A stretch of 64,000 bases of DNA from contig JBFWWG010000004.1 of the NCBI GenBank assembly GCA_050246315.1, positions 1 to 64,000 of the forward strand. Reading direction: 5' to 3'. Below are positions 10,011 to 20,309 of the stretch, in pieces. Positions within the stretch are counted from its first letter, which is position 1; each line of letters begins with the position of its first letter. The notes beneath the pieces are model-generated. The model did no database searches. It saw only the letters and a list, made by a program, of their open reading frames with translations, and was not told where the DNA came from. The stretch is from Nitrospiraceae bacterium. Lineage in GTDB: Bacteria > Nitrospirota > Nitrospiria > Nitrospirales > Nitrospiraceae. Both the position numbers and the translations under genes were made by a program.

Positions 10011-10541
10011 TCACTTGGCGGGGTGCTCACCTTGGCCGGCCTCCGCCTTTTCCACATTGAGGACCTTCACATCGAAGGTTAGGTTCTTCCCGGCCAGGGG
10101 ATGATTCAAATCGAGCAGTGCCTGCGCATCCTCGATTTTCAACACCGTGACCAACTGCCCGTCCGGGGATTGCAATACGTCTCCGACTTTGAGACCATTC
10201 GGTAATTTGGTCGCCTCCACGGAGACGCGCTTCTTCATATCGTACGCGCCGTACCCGTCGACGGCCGCGACCTCGACGTGTTTGCTCTGACCCTTTTTCA
10301 TGCCTGCCAACGCCCGCTCCAACCCCGGCACGATCTGACCAGCTCCATGGAGATAGGAGAACGGGGCCTTGCCGACATTGGTGTCGGCCACCGTCTTATC
10401 CGGCAACGTCAGTGTATATTCCAGCGTGACGGTCATCCCTTCTCCGACGACCGGATCCTGCACGACCGCCATGGCGGCTCCGACTCCGCAGAACCCCATC
10501 CCCAACACGAACAACATGATACTCAGCGCGCGGAACTTCAT
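10011..10541 (-). CDS. FKBP-type peptidyl-prolyl isomerase (SlyD-like) with signal peptide
   Basis: VTLEYTL, YLHGAGQIVPGLE and LDLNHPLAGKNLTFDVKV motifs. Confidence 0.9.
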   Translation of the reverse strand: MKFRALSIMLFVLGMGFCGVGAAMAVVQDPVVGEGMTVTLEYTLTLPDKTVADTNVGKAPFSYLHGAGQIVPGLERALAGMKKGQSKHVEVAAVDGYGAYDMKKRVSVEATKLPNGLKVGDVLQSPDGQLVTVLKIEDAQALLDLNHPLAGKNLTFDVKVLNVEKAEAGQGEHPAK

Positions 10542-10821
10542 AGCAACTCCTTTGGCGATTCCGATTGCCGCCGCTAATGGTCTGGCGCCCGGACGGTCCG
10601 ATGGAAACGGGAGCCAGTGACAGGAAGATGAAGAGACAATGAGACGAAGAGGGAGGACTCACCGGACCAGACGCCGCCGAGAGGATGACGCACGAGAGGA
10701 CCCTCCAGCCAGAGGCCGTTCCCTGACTCAGCGCCTGCCTCTTGGAGCTTCACATTGGTCCGGCGGGGCGGCAACCCCTGTCCCCGCCGGCAGGTACTTT
10801 TCTGCTGCGAGACCGAAATGG

Positions 10822-11100
10822 TTAGTGGGGGCCACGACCTCCTGAACGAGGTTCCTGCGGCCTGGCTTCATTCACCGTCAGAGTCCGGCCGCCAAACTGT
10901 GTCCCATTCAGCGCCGTGATGGCGTTCTTCGCCTCGTCGTCCGTCGCCATCTCGACGAATCCGAACCCACGCGATTGGCCGGTGAACTTATCTGTAATGA
11001 TCCGCGCGGACGTGACGCTGCCGTGCTGAGCAAACAGATCGTTCAGTTGCTGATCAGTGGTCGAATAGGGTAACCCGCCGACATAGACTTTGGAACCCAT
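10822..11100 (-). CDS. RRM RNA-binding protein
   Basis: RNP2 KVYVGGL and RNP1 RGFGFVEM; SD AAGGAGG. Confidence 0.95.
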   Translation of the reverse strand: MGSKVYVGGLPYSTTDQQLNDLFAQHGSVTSARIITDKFTGQSRGFGFVEMATDDEAKNAITALNGTQFGGRTLTVNEARPQEPRSGGRGPH

Positions 11101-11300
11101 AGGGGTCCACCTCCTTCAAGAAAACCCTCATGTTGTCTTGAACTCGAGAATGGCACACTGGCAGGGAGGAGCGGCCCGAAGGCGCAAGTAGAACCGCGAC
11201 TTGGTCGGACTTCCGAGCTGATTCCCGGCAAAACAACATCTACTTCAGGCCCTGCGGCTTCACACTCCGCTCGGTGGCCTCTTCTGGGCGGAGCGGCTTC

Positions 11301-11329
11301 ATGCTAGCTCAGGCCACCGGGAATTGCAA
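11301..11329 (-). promoter_or_regulatory. Sigma70-like promoter of the RRM gene
   Basis: TTGCAA-17 nt-TAGCAT on the minus strand, implying a leader of about 195 nt. Confidence 0.5.
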
Positions 11330-11364
11330 GCAAGCGCCGCCGCTGCCAGCCCTCCGGCGCTTGC

Positions 11365-12165
11365 TCAATAGGCGGCCGGGTCCGACAGCGGCCGCTGCGA
11401 AAACAACGGGGCCGCATGAAAATTATCGAACCGGATATCCGCGCGCCCCCTGACGACCAGACCGACTTCTCCCAACCCAAAGGCTTGGTCTCGCACGCTC
11501 AGGACCAGCTTCCGGTCGAACGAGATCTCGAAGAAGTCTTGGCTGACGATCGTGTTGCGCTGAACGCGGAGCGTGTGCCAGGGAGCGGGTGTGACCTTGA
11601 GCTGAGTCTGGCCGATCAGGCTCTCCTGACCATCGAGCACCTTGATGACCTCCAATCTCAAACTGCGCAGATCCACCAAGGCGGCGAAAAAATTCCTGGA
11701 ATCTTGCCACCCGAACACCACCCCGCCGATCGAGCCACCATCCGGCGACCCTTTCTGCAAACGCACGGAAACATCGGGGTATTCGTAGATCAGCCCTTCG
11801 GCCACCAGCAGGTGCAGACACTGGCCGTTGCACCCGTCGGTGACTGTCAGGACATTGGGCAGCGACAGGGCATCTTTGCCGGATTGGACGGCCCACTGAG
11901 CTGGCTCTTCGCCATCCTTCGCATGGACAGCGAACCCTGCCGGCGCTCTGCCAGGAGGATCGGTGTCAAAACTCCACTGGCGAAACAAGTCGGCATGAGT
12001 CTGCTGTTTCAGCCGTTCCTCTTTTTGCTGTGTCGTCTCGAAATCCACCGCCGGGGAGAAACCCGGCGTTCCCCAAAGCAGCACGGCCAGTATCACAGCC
12101 CATAGCCGAACTGGTCCGCTGAGGCCCGGCAATCCTCCGTACAACTGCATCCATCTCGTCGGCAT
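11365..12165 (-). CDS. Exported hypothetical protein, beta-sandwich (ConA/lectin-like) type
   Basis: Signal/TM segment, then GGVVFGWQD..NFF, WHTLRV and GEVGLV...IRFDNF pattern. Confidence 0.65.
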   Translation of the reverse strand: MPTRWMQLYGGLPGLSGPVRLWAVILAVLLWGTPGFSPAVDFETTQQKEERLKQQTHADLFRQWSFDTDPPGRAPAGFAVHAKDGEEPAQWAVQSGKDALSLPNVLTVTDGCNGQCLHLLVAEGLIYEYPDVSVRLQKGSPDGGSIGGVVFGWQDSRNFFAALVDLRSLRLEVIKVLDGQESLIGQTQLKVTPAPWHTLRVQRNTIVSQDFFEISFDRKLVLSVRDQAFGLGEVGLVVRGRADIRFDNFHAAPLFSQRPLSDPAAY

Positions 12166-12430
12166 ATTCGTCGTAACCTCATCCAACACGGGCGAAGGTT
12201 TTCCTCATTTCATGGTCGAAACGGTGAGAGGCCTCCCAGACGTCCGGACCATTTTTTCGCTGTTTGCGAGAGACGCCCGCTACGCGTCTAGTCTATTCGA
12301 GGACTGCGAACAGCACCGACCTCCAGGCCCGAGGCCTTCATGTCCCTCGATCCTCAACCCATACAATACGATCCGAACAGGCCGAACAATCATGAGTCGT
12401 GGCCGTCGAACACATCTTCAATCCCAGGAG

Positions 12431-12694
12431 TCATTGAGAGGAGGGCGTGAGCGACGGAGGCTTCCGCCTGATCTGAACAATATCTTGAAGCCGGCGGTCT
12501 CGATCCTGACGAATCCGTTGCCGCCGCTTCCAACGATCCAGGGTCCACCATCGTACCTTCTCCGAAAAGGTGACGACGGGCGGCGGAAGGTTGCCGACCG
12601 GTGCCTGTTGAAAATCGTATCCCTTCACGTTGTCGCGGTTCTTGATGAACCGTTCGTAGAGATGATCGTACAAGCCCTTGTTTGAGTCCGCCAT
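12431..12694 (-). CDS. Small hypothetical protein
   Basis: ATG with GGAG upstream; basic 87-aa ORF. Confidence 0.45.
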   Translation of the reverse strand: MADSNKGLYDHLYERFIKNRDNVKGYDFQQAPVGNLPPPVVTFSEKVRWWTLDRWKRRQRIRQDRDRRLQDIVQIRRKPPSLTPSSQ

Positions 12695-12857
12695 GATTGC
12701 CAGCTCCGATGTCTTGTCGCCGGTGGAAAGCTGGCGAGGACTATAGCCTTCTTATGTCCGGTACGGCAAGATGGCGGTCTGTCCCGGCAGAGGGGCGCGT
12801 GATCATGTGCGTGAGGGATCGTTTCCATCGTGACACAACGACCGATCAGGTCTTGAG

Positions 12858-12964
12858 CCCGCATGATTCATGACGGTTCCTCGCGTTCCTCCCGTTGCCG
12901 TGAAAGCGCAACGGGTGCCCCGCGGCGAATCCGCGCTTGCAGCAGCGTTCATGCATAACGCCGG
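12858..12964. mobile_element. MITE, end type B, short internally deleted copy
   Basis: Starts CCCGCATGATTCATGACGGTTC; the first ~60 bp are nearly identical to the copy at 28967. Right end degenerate (TCATGCATAACGCCGG). Confidence 0.7.
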
Positions 12965-13094
12965 TTCGCTCCGGATCGACGGCTCGAGTGGGAGTCCCTC
13001 GGCACAGTCGCCCCATCCTCCGGCTTGACATGGCAGCCGGCCGACAGCCGTGATAGGCTTCGGGGCTGAGTCGTCCAAAGCTGAGTCCATCCCT

Positions 13095-14693
13095 ATGCCC
13101 CTTCGTGCGCGCACGGTGATTCAGTTCCGATCTCTGCCGGCCAGCCTGCTGCTTGCGATGGCGCTAGCCGCTGCCTCCCTTTCCTTCGCACAGGAGACGA
13201 TCGAACCAGACTCGTTGCAGCAAGCCCTGCGCCGGATCTCCGTCGATCGCCTGATCGCGGACGTGCACCGCCTCAGCAGCGAGGAATTTCAGGGTCGCCA
13301 GACCGGCACCGCCGAAGACCTGAGTTCGGCCTGGTGGGTGGCGGAGCGCTGGCGTGCCCTTGGACTGTTGCCCTCCGTCCCAACGCCGCTGCAAGCCGAG
13401 ACGGATACCATGGGGACTCGTGGGCAAGACCCATCCCCAACCGGCTCGCTTGCGTCCCTGACCCAACCCTGGATGATGGGAAACTCCGTCCCGGTCGTTC
13501 GCATACCCACCCCTTCGACCTTGCAGATCATCGCAGGCAGTCTGGTCATAACGGCCATCGCCGGACCCGACTATCTCCCGGTGTTGGACTCCCCGACTGT
13601 GGACATTCAGGCACCGGTGTCCTTTGTGGGGTACGGGATTTCCGATCCGGCACAGGGGTATGACGAGTATCAGGGGCTGGAGGTGAAGGGACGCATCGTC
13701 GTCTTTCTCCGGGGCAAGCCGGCCTGGTATGAGCGGATGGTTTCGCATGCGGACAAGGTCCGCACCGCACAATCCAAAGGCGCCGTGGGCTACCTCACGG
13801 TGACCGGGCCGGTCATGAGCGCCTATGAAGCCAGGCGAGGCGTCGGGACCGCTCCGTTGGCCTACTACGGCCGTCCGGACTCCAGAAAGGATCGACCTTT
13901 GCCGGGGGCTTGGGTCAGCCCGACTCTTGTGGAATCGATGTTGTACCGATCCGGCAACGAACAGTCGTTTTCCTTACAGATCGCGCAGGAACAGATCCAG
14001 CAGAAGAAAGCGCCGCAGAGCCGCCAGACTGACGCAGAGATACGGCTGCGTTGGGAGAGCGTCACCGACACCGGCACGCTCTGTAATGTGGTCGGCATGG
14101 TCGAAGGCCGAGACCTGAACATACGCAACGAATCAATCGTCATCGGTGCGCATCGCGATCACTTCGGGCGTCAGGGTGGGCTCCTGTTTCCGGGTGCGGA
14201 CGACAATGCGTCCGGCACGGCCGTGATCCTGGAAGTCGCAAGACTGTTCATGGAATCGGACACCAAGCCCGCCAGATCCATCATTTTTGTCTCTTTCAGC
14301 GGGGAGGAACAGGGGTTGTGGGGGTCAAAACTCTATGTCGCGCAGGCACCCCGACCGCTGGCGCAGATCAGGGCCATGATCAACATCGACCACGCGGGGA
14401 TCGGGAACGGACGTCTCACGGTGGGTGTGACCGGCCTGGATCAATCCGTCGCGGCCCGAGCCGCGGAGCCGGCTGAACTGACCGACAGGCTGGACCTCTT
14501 TGGATTTTTCCCGGGAGGCGACCATGTGCCGTTCAAAGAAGCCGGCGTGCCAACCGTCACCGTGGTCAGCGGCGGCCCCCATCCGCACTATCATCAGCCG
14601 GCCGATCGGGTGGAGACGATCAACCCGGACGTGTTGCAGACAGCAACCCGCTATGTGCTCGCCCTAGCCTGGCGCCTGGCGAACCAACCGTAA
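13095..14693 (+). CDS. M28 family aminopeptidase with PA domain, exported
   Basis: GAHRDH, GADDNASG, FSGEEQGLWGS, GDH and YHQPAD motifs; FVGYGI PA insert. Confidence 0.92.
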   Translation: MPLRARTVIQFRSLPASLLLAMALAAASLSFAQETIEPDSLQQALRRISVDRLIADVHRLSSEEFQGRQTGTAEDLSSAWWVAERWRALGLLPSVPTPLQAETDTMGTRGQDPSPTGSLASLTQPWMMGNSVPVVRIPTPSTLQIIAGSLVITAIAGPDYLPVLDSPTVDIQAPVSFVGYGISDPAQGYDEYQGLEVKGRIVVFLRGKPAWYERMVSHADKVRTAQSKGAVGYLTVTGPVMSAYEARRGVGTAPLAYYGRPDSRKDRPLPGAWVSPTLVESMLYRSGNEQSFSLQIAQEQIQQKKAPQSRQTDAEIRLRWESVTDTGTLCNVVGMVEGRDLNIRNESIVIGAHRDHFGRQGGLLFPGADDNASGTAVILEVARLFMESDTKPARSIIFVSFSGEEQGLWGSKLYVAQAPRPLAQIRAMINIDHAGIGNGRLTVGVTGLDQSVAARAAEPAELTDRLDLFGFFPGGDHVPFKEAGVPTVTVVSGGPHPHYHQPADRVETINPDVLQTATRYVLALAWRLANQP

Positions 14694-14790
14694 AGAAAGG
14701 ATCGCCACTGATCTGTTGGAGTCCCGGGACGATACGGCGCCGATATCCAACACGACGACGGGAAAGGACGGACTCGACAGAGAGGATCGA

Positions 14791-15438
14791 TTAGGAGCCG
14801 GTCTTCAGCCACGCGGACCAGTTGGCCGTTTGGGCTTCGTCATGAGCCGCTCGGTGTTCGGCACAATCGACACGCAAAAGGTGATCGCCGAATGCCGCAT
14901 CGACATAGTCGCAATGGTGTGGATTGGCCCCATCCTGGTGCGCGTGGGGGCGGAAGTACTGACAGGTGATACACATCCGGGCGGTAGAGATCTCGCCCTG
15001 CTCCTGAAGTGCTCGAATTACTTTGATCGTCGCCCGCAGCAGACCGACCTGCTCGGCCTGCGACAGGTCTCGCGTGGCGGCCAGCAAGTACGGCCACTCC
15101 GACAATCGGGCGGCCTCACGCCGACCCTTCGCCGTTAGCTCAATGTTGAACACCCGGTGGTCGTCCTTGGACTGAACCCGCTTGATCATCCCCTTGCTCA
15201 TGAGCACCCGCAGCATCTCGGAGACCGTCGGCATCGTCACCGCTAAATCCTGTGCAATCAGGGAGACCGGGGTATCGTGGCCGACCCGTTTCAATAGGAG
15301 CCGCAACGTCTGGGCTTGTAAGGGAGGGAGCCACTGGTTGCCGCCTTCGCGCCATGCGCGGCTCTTGATCGCGAGGGCGATCTTGGCCAACCCGTTCGCG
15401 ATCCGATTCTGTAGCGGCTCGTGTGTCACATCCGCCAT
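14791..15438 (-). CDS. MarR-family regulator with C-terminal Cys/His cluster
   Basis: Winged HTH (PTVSEMLRVL..KGMI...DHR..LTAKG); CxxC...HHC...DC.EH tail. Confidence 0.85.
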   Translation of the reverse strand: MADVTHEPLQNRIANGLAKIALAIKSRAWREGGNQWLPPLQAQTLRLLLKRVGHDTPVSLIAQDLAVTMPTVSEMLRVLMSKGMIKRVQSKDDHRVFNIELTAKGRREAARLSEWPYLLAATRDLSQAEQVGLLRATIKVIRALQEQGEISTARMCITCQYFRPHAHQDGANPHHCDYVDAAFGDHLLRVDCAEHRAAHDEAQTANWSAWLKTGS

Positions 15439-15448
15439 CACAGCCTCT

Positions 15449-15925
15449 CTACGGAAAGTCCTCGATATCGAGCACGGTCGATTGCACCGCCGACGGGGGC
15501 ACGACCAATCGAGGTGGTGGCGGCAACTGCACGGCCCCGCCGACCTGCTGATTGGCTCCTTGGATCAGACCGATGGACAATTGAGGGCCGAGCAGTCCCT
15601 GGGCACCGGACCAGGCTTGGCCTCCGGGTGTGCGAAAACTGTAGGTTTGGAACAACCCAAAACTATAGATGTAGCCCTGGGTCCCGGATCCATCCAGGTA
15701 CAGGTTTCCCGGTCCGACGAGGCCGAACAACGGCCCAACACCGCCGTCGAACGAGCGGACTCCGGACACACTGCTGCCTCCCGAGGGCGCGGTTTGCGCC
15801 CAGACATCACTCGAAAAAAACGCGCTGAGCAGAAACATGGTGCTGCAAAACGCCAACAAGAGATGGAGGCTGCTTATGCCCTGAGCTATGCGAAGGGTCG
15901 GTTGTTTCTGATTGAGCTGCATCAT
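15449..15925 (-). CDS. Hypothetical exported Gly-rich protein
   Basis: Signal peptide ending VWA-Q; co-oriented with and 10 nt from the MarR gene. Confidence 0.55.
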   Translation of the reverse strand: MMQLNQKQPTLRIAQGISSLHLLLAFCSTMFLLSAFFSSDVWAQTAPSGGSSVSGVRSFDGGVGPLFGLVGPGNLYLDGSGTQGYIYSFGLFQTYSFRTPGGQAWSGAQGLLGPQLSIGLIQGANQQVGGAVQLPPPPRLVVPPSAVQSTVLDIEDFP

Positions 15926-16040
15926 GATCGATCGGCTGTTCCGTATCATACACGAGATACACCGTGACAGCCAGTCAGCTGTTGGTTAGTATACGTGCTG
16001 TTCCTTTCCTACCACCTTGTCGCTCATCAAGGAGTCGGAC

Positions 16041-17609
16041 ATGCAAGAGCGTCGCACTCACTTCCGATTCGGAATACTTCTGGCAGTTGGAATGGCTGCC
16101 TTCGGGCTGGCTGTTCCCCACCTCGGTCGGGCGGCCGAACTTTCCCCGGCCTCGGCACCGAAGGAACAACGGGAGCCGATTAAGTTGGATGATGCCGTCT
16201 ACCGAGCCCTGAAAAACAACCTCGACATCACCATCAGCCGTCAAACGAAGGAGAGCCGGTTAGCGGACATCGTCATCGAGCAGGCCAAGTTCGATCCAAC
16301 GCTCAGTTTGAACGGCACCTACACCCGGACGGTCAATCCCTTGAATCGACCGGTGTTCGGCGGAACAGTCGGGCAGTTGACCGATATTCAGATCTTCGAT
16401 CAGCGCAACGGGGCTGTAACGGTCGATGTGACGTCCAACCTGATGACGGGCGGCAATCTGGATCTGAACTACAGCCCGCAACGCACCAATGTCAACGCAG
16501 ACGTGGCCTCGGGCTTCTTGTTCAATCCTTCCTATACCGGTGGGTTGGCGCTGACCTTCACTCAACCCTTGTTGCGCAATGCCGGCATTGAGCTGAATCA
16601 GACCTTCATCAAGGTGGCACAAAACAACGCGAAGGTTGAGGAACATGTCTTCCGCGACCGAGTGCTCGGCGTGCTGGCCTCCGTCGAACAATCTTACTGG
16701 GAAGTCGTGTTCTCGATCGAAAACCTAAAAGTCGCGCAGGCCGCCCTCAAGGCGGCTGAGGAACTGCTCGCATCGAATCGCGCCAAGGCGAAGGCCGGGG
16801 TCATGTCGGTCGTGGATGTGCTCCAGGCTGAGGCGGCAGTGGCCTCACGCGTCGAGCAAGTCCTGGTGGCGGATAAATCCATTTTGGACCAGGGTGATCA
16901 GTTGCGGCGGCTGATGAACCCGTCTGAGGAACTCTTGCGGCAGGAAGTCCGGCTCATTCCGATCGATCAACCGAAGAACACGCTGGAACCGTTGAGCGCC
17001 CAGGAGGCGATCGATGTCGCGCTGGAACGGCGGCCGGAGGTTCATCAGGCCTCGAAGAACGTCGAGACCAGCGAACTGAACGTCAAATTCGCCAAGAACC
17101 AACTGTTGCCGACGCTCTCGTTTCAGGGCACGACCGGCCTCGCGGGATTGGGAGCCGATTACCCGGATAGCGTGAAGCGCAATTTCAGCGGCGACTATTA
17201 TAACTACGGCGCCGGCCTGGTCCTGAGCTATCCGCTGGGCAACCGATCCGCCTGGAGTTCGTACAACAAACGGCAACTGGAGCAACGCAACGCCGAGACC
17301 TCGCTGCAGAGTGTGCGGCAACAGATCATCCTGGGGGTCCGCGAAGGCATCCGCCGCGTACAGACGGACTTCAAGCGGATTGAAACCACTCGTTCGGCGA
17401 GGATCATGGCGGAGAAGCAGTTACAGGCCGAGCAGGAGCGATTGAAGGTCGGGCTGAGCACGACGCGCTTTGTGTTGGATTTCCAGCGCGACCTGGCCAC
17501 CGCACAGGGGAACGAGCTGCGGGCGATCGTCGATTACAACAAGTCCCTCTCGAACTTGAACCGTCAGAAGGCCACCGCGCTCGACATCTATAAGATCGAG
17601 TTGCAGTAG
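16041..17609 (+). CDS. TolC-family outer membrane protein
   Basis: Signal peptide, ALKNNLDI, duplicated OEP repeats (EQSYWEVV, GLST..VLDFQRDL); SD AGGAG. Confidence 0.9.
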   Translation: MQERRTHFRFGILLAVGMAAFGLAVPHLGRAAELSPASAPKEQREPIKLDDAVYRALKNNLDITISRQTKESRLADIVIEQAKFDPTLSLNGTYTRTVNPLNRPVFGGTVGQLTDIQIFDQRNGAVTVDVTSNLMTGGNLDLNYSPQRTNVNADVASGFLFNPSYTGGLALTFTQPLLRNAGIELNQTFIKVAQNNAKVEEHVFRDRVLGVLASVEQSYWEVVFSIENLKVAQAALKAAEELLASNRAKAKAGVMSVVDVLQAEAAVASRVEQVLVADKSILDQGDQLRRLMNPSEELLRQEVRLIPIDQPKNTLEPLSAQEAIDVALERRPEVHQASKNVETSELNVKFAKNQLLPTLSFQGTTGLAGLGADYPDSVKRNFSGDYYNYGAGLVLSYPLGNRSAWSSYNKRQLEQRNAETSLQSVRQQIILGVREGIRRVQTDFKRIETTRSARIMAEKQLQAEQERLKVGLSTTRFVLDFQRDLATAQGNELRAIVDYNKSLSNLNRQKATALDIYKIELQ

Positions 17610-17672
17610 CCCATGGTCGCATCACGGCCGTGATGCCGTTTCCGCCGCGCGATCGTAGGTCGATGGCAAACC

Positions 17673-18422
17673 ATGCCCGCTCCTGAGCCCGGCCTGAGAC
17701 CGACCGAGCGGACCGGCGCGGAACCGATCCGTGACGATGAACGGGCGGCCGCCTTCTCGCTGCTTCCGCTCCTCGTCACATTCGCCTTCTATCTGCTCCC
17801 TCACTCAATCCAGGCGTCCCTTGTCGTTCAGTTCCTTCCACAGGTTGTCGCCTACCTCTGCCTGGCTTCATGGGCGCTCTTGAACGGACAACCGGTCGAG
17901 CGGCTGGGGCTGAGCCGGGAGCGCTTTCTCGATGGACTCAGACTGGGCGCTGCCGTCGGCTTCGCGCTCGGACTGGTCAACAGCCTCGTCATCCTCTGGT
18001 TGGTCCCGACGCTCGGCAAAGACATCGGGTTCCTCCGAGAGACGCCGCACGCCGCGCTGCCGCTGCTTGTCATGGTCCCCTGGTTCATCATCGGCATCGC
18101 GTTCCTCGTCGAAATCAACTACCGCGGGTTTCTCCTGGGCCGGCTTCACCATCTGTTGACGGCACGATGTCCTCTCCAAGGTCGAGAGGTGGCCGCGCTG
18201 TTGGCCTTACTGCTGTCCGCCCTGGCATTTGCCTTCGATCCCTTCATGGTGGCAACCTTTAAGCACCTGCATTGGATCGCGGTCTGGGATGGCCTCATCT
18301 GGGGGGCCATGTGGTTGTGGCGTCGCAATCTGTACGCCACGATCGTCGCCCATGCGATCGAGGTGATGATCCTGTATCTCACCGTTCGCTGGTGGCTCGA
18401 CCACCAACCCGGCATGTCATGA
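17673..18422 (+). CDS. CPBP (Abi/CAAX-like) intramembrane protease family protein
   Basis: Multi-TM; VEINYRGFL and NLYATIVAHA motifs. Confidence 0.75.
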   Translation: MPAPEPGLRPTERTGAEPIRDDERAAAFSLLPLLVTFAFYLLPHSIQASLVVQFLPQVVAYLCLASWALLNGQPVERLGLSRERFLDGLRLGAAVGFALGLVNSLVILWLVPTLGKDIGFLRETPHAALPLLVMVPWFIIGIAFLVEINYRGFLLGRLHHLLTARCPLQGREVAALLALLLSALAFAFDPFMVATFKHLHWIAVWDGLIWGAMWLWRRNLYATIVAHAIEVMILYLTVRWWLDHQPGMS

Positions 18423-19444
18423 GGCCGTCCTTTTCCTGTTTTCTGGTCAACGATAGCTTCGGCGATCCCGGGCTGTACGTGGATATCGCCTGGGCCAGAC
18501 GCGCCTTCCTGTTCGACCTCGGCCAGAATGTTGCGCTCGGCTCCACACGGCTGCTGCGCGCCCAGGATATTTTCATCTCGCACACGCACATGGATCATTT
18601 CATCGGCTTCGACCAGGTGTTGCGGGTAGCCTTGGGACGCGGCAAGACCCTGCGCCTGTACGGTCCACCCGGCCTATCCGCGAACGTGGACGGGAAGCTG
18701 CGCGGCTATACCTGGAACCTGGTGGACGGCTATCCGTTGACGATCGAAGTCCGCGAGTTTGACAAGGACCGGATGCAGGTGACGACGTTTCATGCCGCCG
18801 AAGCCTTTACGATGCGACGCGCGCCCACACAGTCGCCAGTCCCGCTGACCGGTGATGGCGCCTTCCCTGTGTTGGAAGATCCCATGTTCACCGTCAAGGC
18901 CGTAGCTTTGAACCATCGCATTCCCTCCTTCGCCTATGCCCTCGAAGAGCAGTTCCACGTCAACATTTTAAGGGAGCGGTTACACGCGGCCGGCCTGCCG
19001 GTCGGGTCCTGGCTCAAGGATGTGAAACAGTACCTCTGGCAGGGAAAACCGGATGGGTTCCGCTTCACCGCCACGCTGTATTTCGAACACCGCCGAGAAG
19101 AGCGGGAATTTGTGCTCGGCGAAATCCGAGAGCGGTTCGTACAGATTTCCCGCGGCCAAAAGATCGCCTATGTCGTAGACACTCGTTACGACGAGGAGAA
19201 CGAAACCAAAATTGTCGCGCTCGCCCGCGGAGCGGATGCCTTCTACTGCGAGGCTCCCTATCTTGAGACCGATGCAAACAAGGCGCGGGACCGTTATCAT
19301 CTGACGGCACGACAGGCCGGACTGATGGCGCGAAAGGCGCAGGTGCAGAAGCTGGTGGTCTTTCACTTTTCTCCGCGTTACATGGGGCAAGGGGAATTCA
19401 TCGAGCGAGAAGCGATGGGTGCATTTCGGAACGAGGAGGGTTGA
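18419..19444 (+). CDS. Ribonuclease Z-like metallo-beta-lactamase fold protein
   Basis: SHTHMDH, KIAYVVDT, HLTARQAG and FHFSPRY motifs; ATGA overlap with the upstream gene. Confidence 0.85.
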   Translation: MRPSFSCFLVNDSFGDPGLYVDIAWARRAFLFDLGQNVALGSTRLLRAQDIFISHTHMDHFIGFDQVLRVALGRGKTLRLYGPPGLSANVDGKLRGYTWNLVDGYPLTIEVREFDKDRMQVTTFHAAEAFTMRRAPTQSPVPLTGDGAFPVLEDPMFTVKAVALNHRIPSFAYALEEQFHVNILRERLHAAGLPVGSWLKDVKQYLWQGKPDGFRFTATLYFEHRREEREFVLGEIRERFVQISRGQKIAYVVDTRYDEENETKIVALARGADAFYCEAPYLETDANKARDRYHLTARQAGLMARKAQVQKLVVFHFSPRYMGQGEFIEREAMGAFRNEEG

Positions 19445-19783
19445 ATGAGTGAGGTTGCGAAGTATGCGTTGTATTTTCTGATCGGGGGCTTGGTGGTGAG
19501 TGTGTCGAGTTACCTCGGTGCCAAGGGAGAAGGGTTTCTCGCCGCCTTCGCCAGCACCTTCCCGGCGATGACCGGTGTGACCTTCATGCTGATTCACCTC
19601 AACGGAAGTGCGGGTTCGACCTTAATCTATGCCAAGCACCTTCTCTGGTTCGTCCCCCCCTGGCTGGCCTATGTCGGCTTCATGATCTTCGGCCTCAATC
19701 GGTTCGGATTCTGGCCGACCATGATCGGCTCGCTCACCCTCTACATGAGCTGCGTGGGGCTCTTACGGCTGGCGCTGCGGTGA
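19445..19783 (+). CDS. Small 4-TM membrane protein (DUF3147/GlpM-like)
   Basis: YFLIGGLVV...GFLAAFASTFP pattern; abuts the upstream stop. Confidence 0.65.
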   Translation: MSEVAKYALYFLIGGLVVSVSSYLGAKGEGFLAAFASTFPAMTGVTFMLIHLNGSAGSTLIYAKHLLWFVPPWLAYVGFMIFGLNRFGFWPTMIGSLTLYMSCVGLLRLALR

Positions 19784-19808
19784 GAGCCGATGCATCGGCT
19801 CCCATGCT

Positions 19809-19830
19809 TTGACAGCATTCTGTACAATAT
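19809..19830 (+). promoter_or_regulatory. Probable TA promoter/operator
   Basis: TTGACA at 19809 and palindrome TGTACA at 19821-19826, the core seen in Phd/YefM operators, just upstream of the antitoxin gene. Confidence 0.35.
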
Positions 19831-19866
19831 TGAGACTGGCTCCATCGGAACCGTGAGGAGTAAGCC

Positions 19867-20148
19867 ATGGCCATCACATCCAAAGACATCATCTCACTGA
19901 GCCACGCCAGAGCGAAGCTAACGGAGCTGTGCGAGGAAGTTCGCGCCAAGGGCACTGAGAAGATCATCACCAAGAACGGGGGAAGTTGCGCCGCGCTCAT
20001 TGATGCGGAGCGGCTCGACTACTACCACCGCCTGGAGCGCGAACGAATCCATGTGGGGTTGTTGCAGGAAGCCATCAAGGGCATGACCGACCTGAAAACC
20101 AGGAAGAGACTCAGCCTGGCCCAACTCAAGAAGCGGCATGGCCGGTAA
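19867..20148 (+). CDS. Phd/YefM-family antitoxin
   Basis: IISLSHARAKLTELCEEV...KIITKNG..AALI; SD GAGGAG. Confidence 0.9.
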   Translation: MAITSKDIISLSHARAKLTELCEEVRAKGTEKIITKNGGSCAALIDAERLDYYHRLERERIHVGLLQEAIKGMTDLKTRKRLSLAQLKKRHGR

Positions 20149-20309
20149 GCGTCCGGTCTTCACCGAACACTTCTCTGCGAATATCACGGTCATCGAGGTT
20201 TTTCTCGGTCCCAGCGGCCGCCGCCGCTTCGCTCGCCTGTTGGATCACCTGTTCGACGACGTCATTCCGACTCTCTGCCGCTTCCCTCGATCGGGCCGTT
20301 CGTTCCTAG

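Noticed and set aside
10760..10790. GC hairpin after the RRM gene as an intrinsic terminator
   Set aside because: The stem is present (CCGGCGGGG/CCCCGCCGG) but there is no U-tract on the minus strand.
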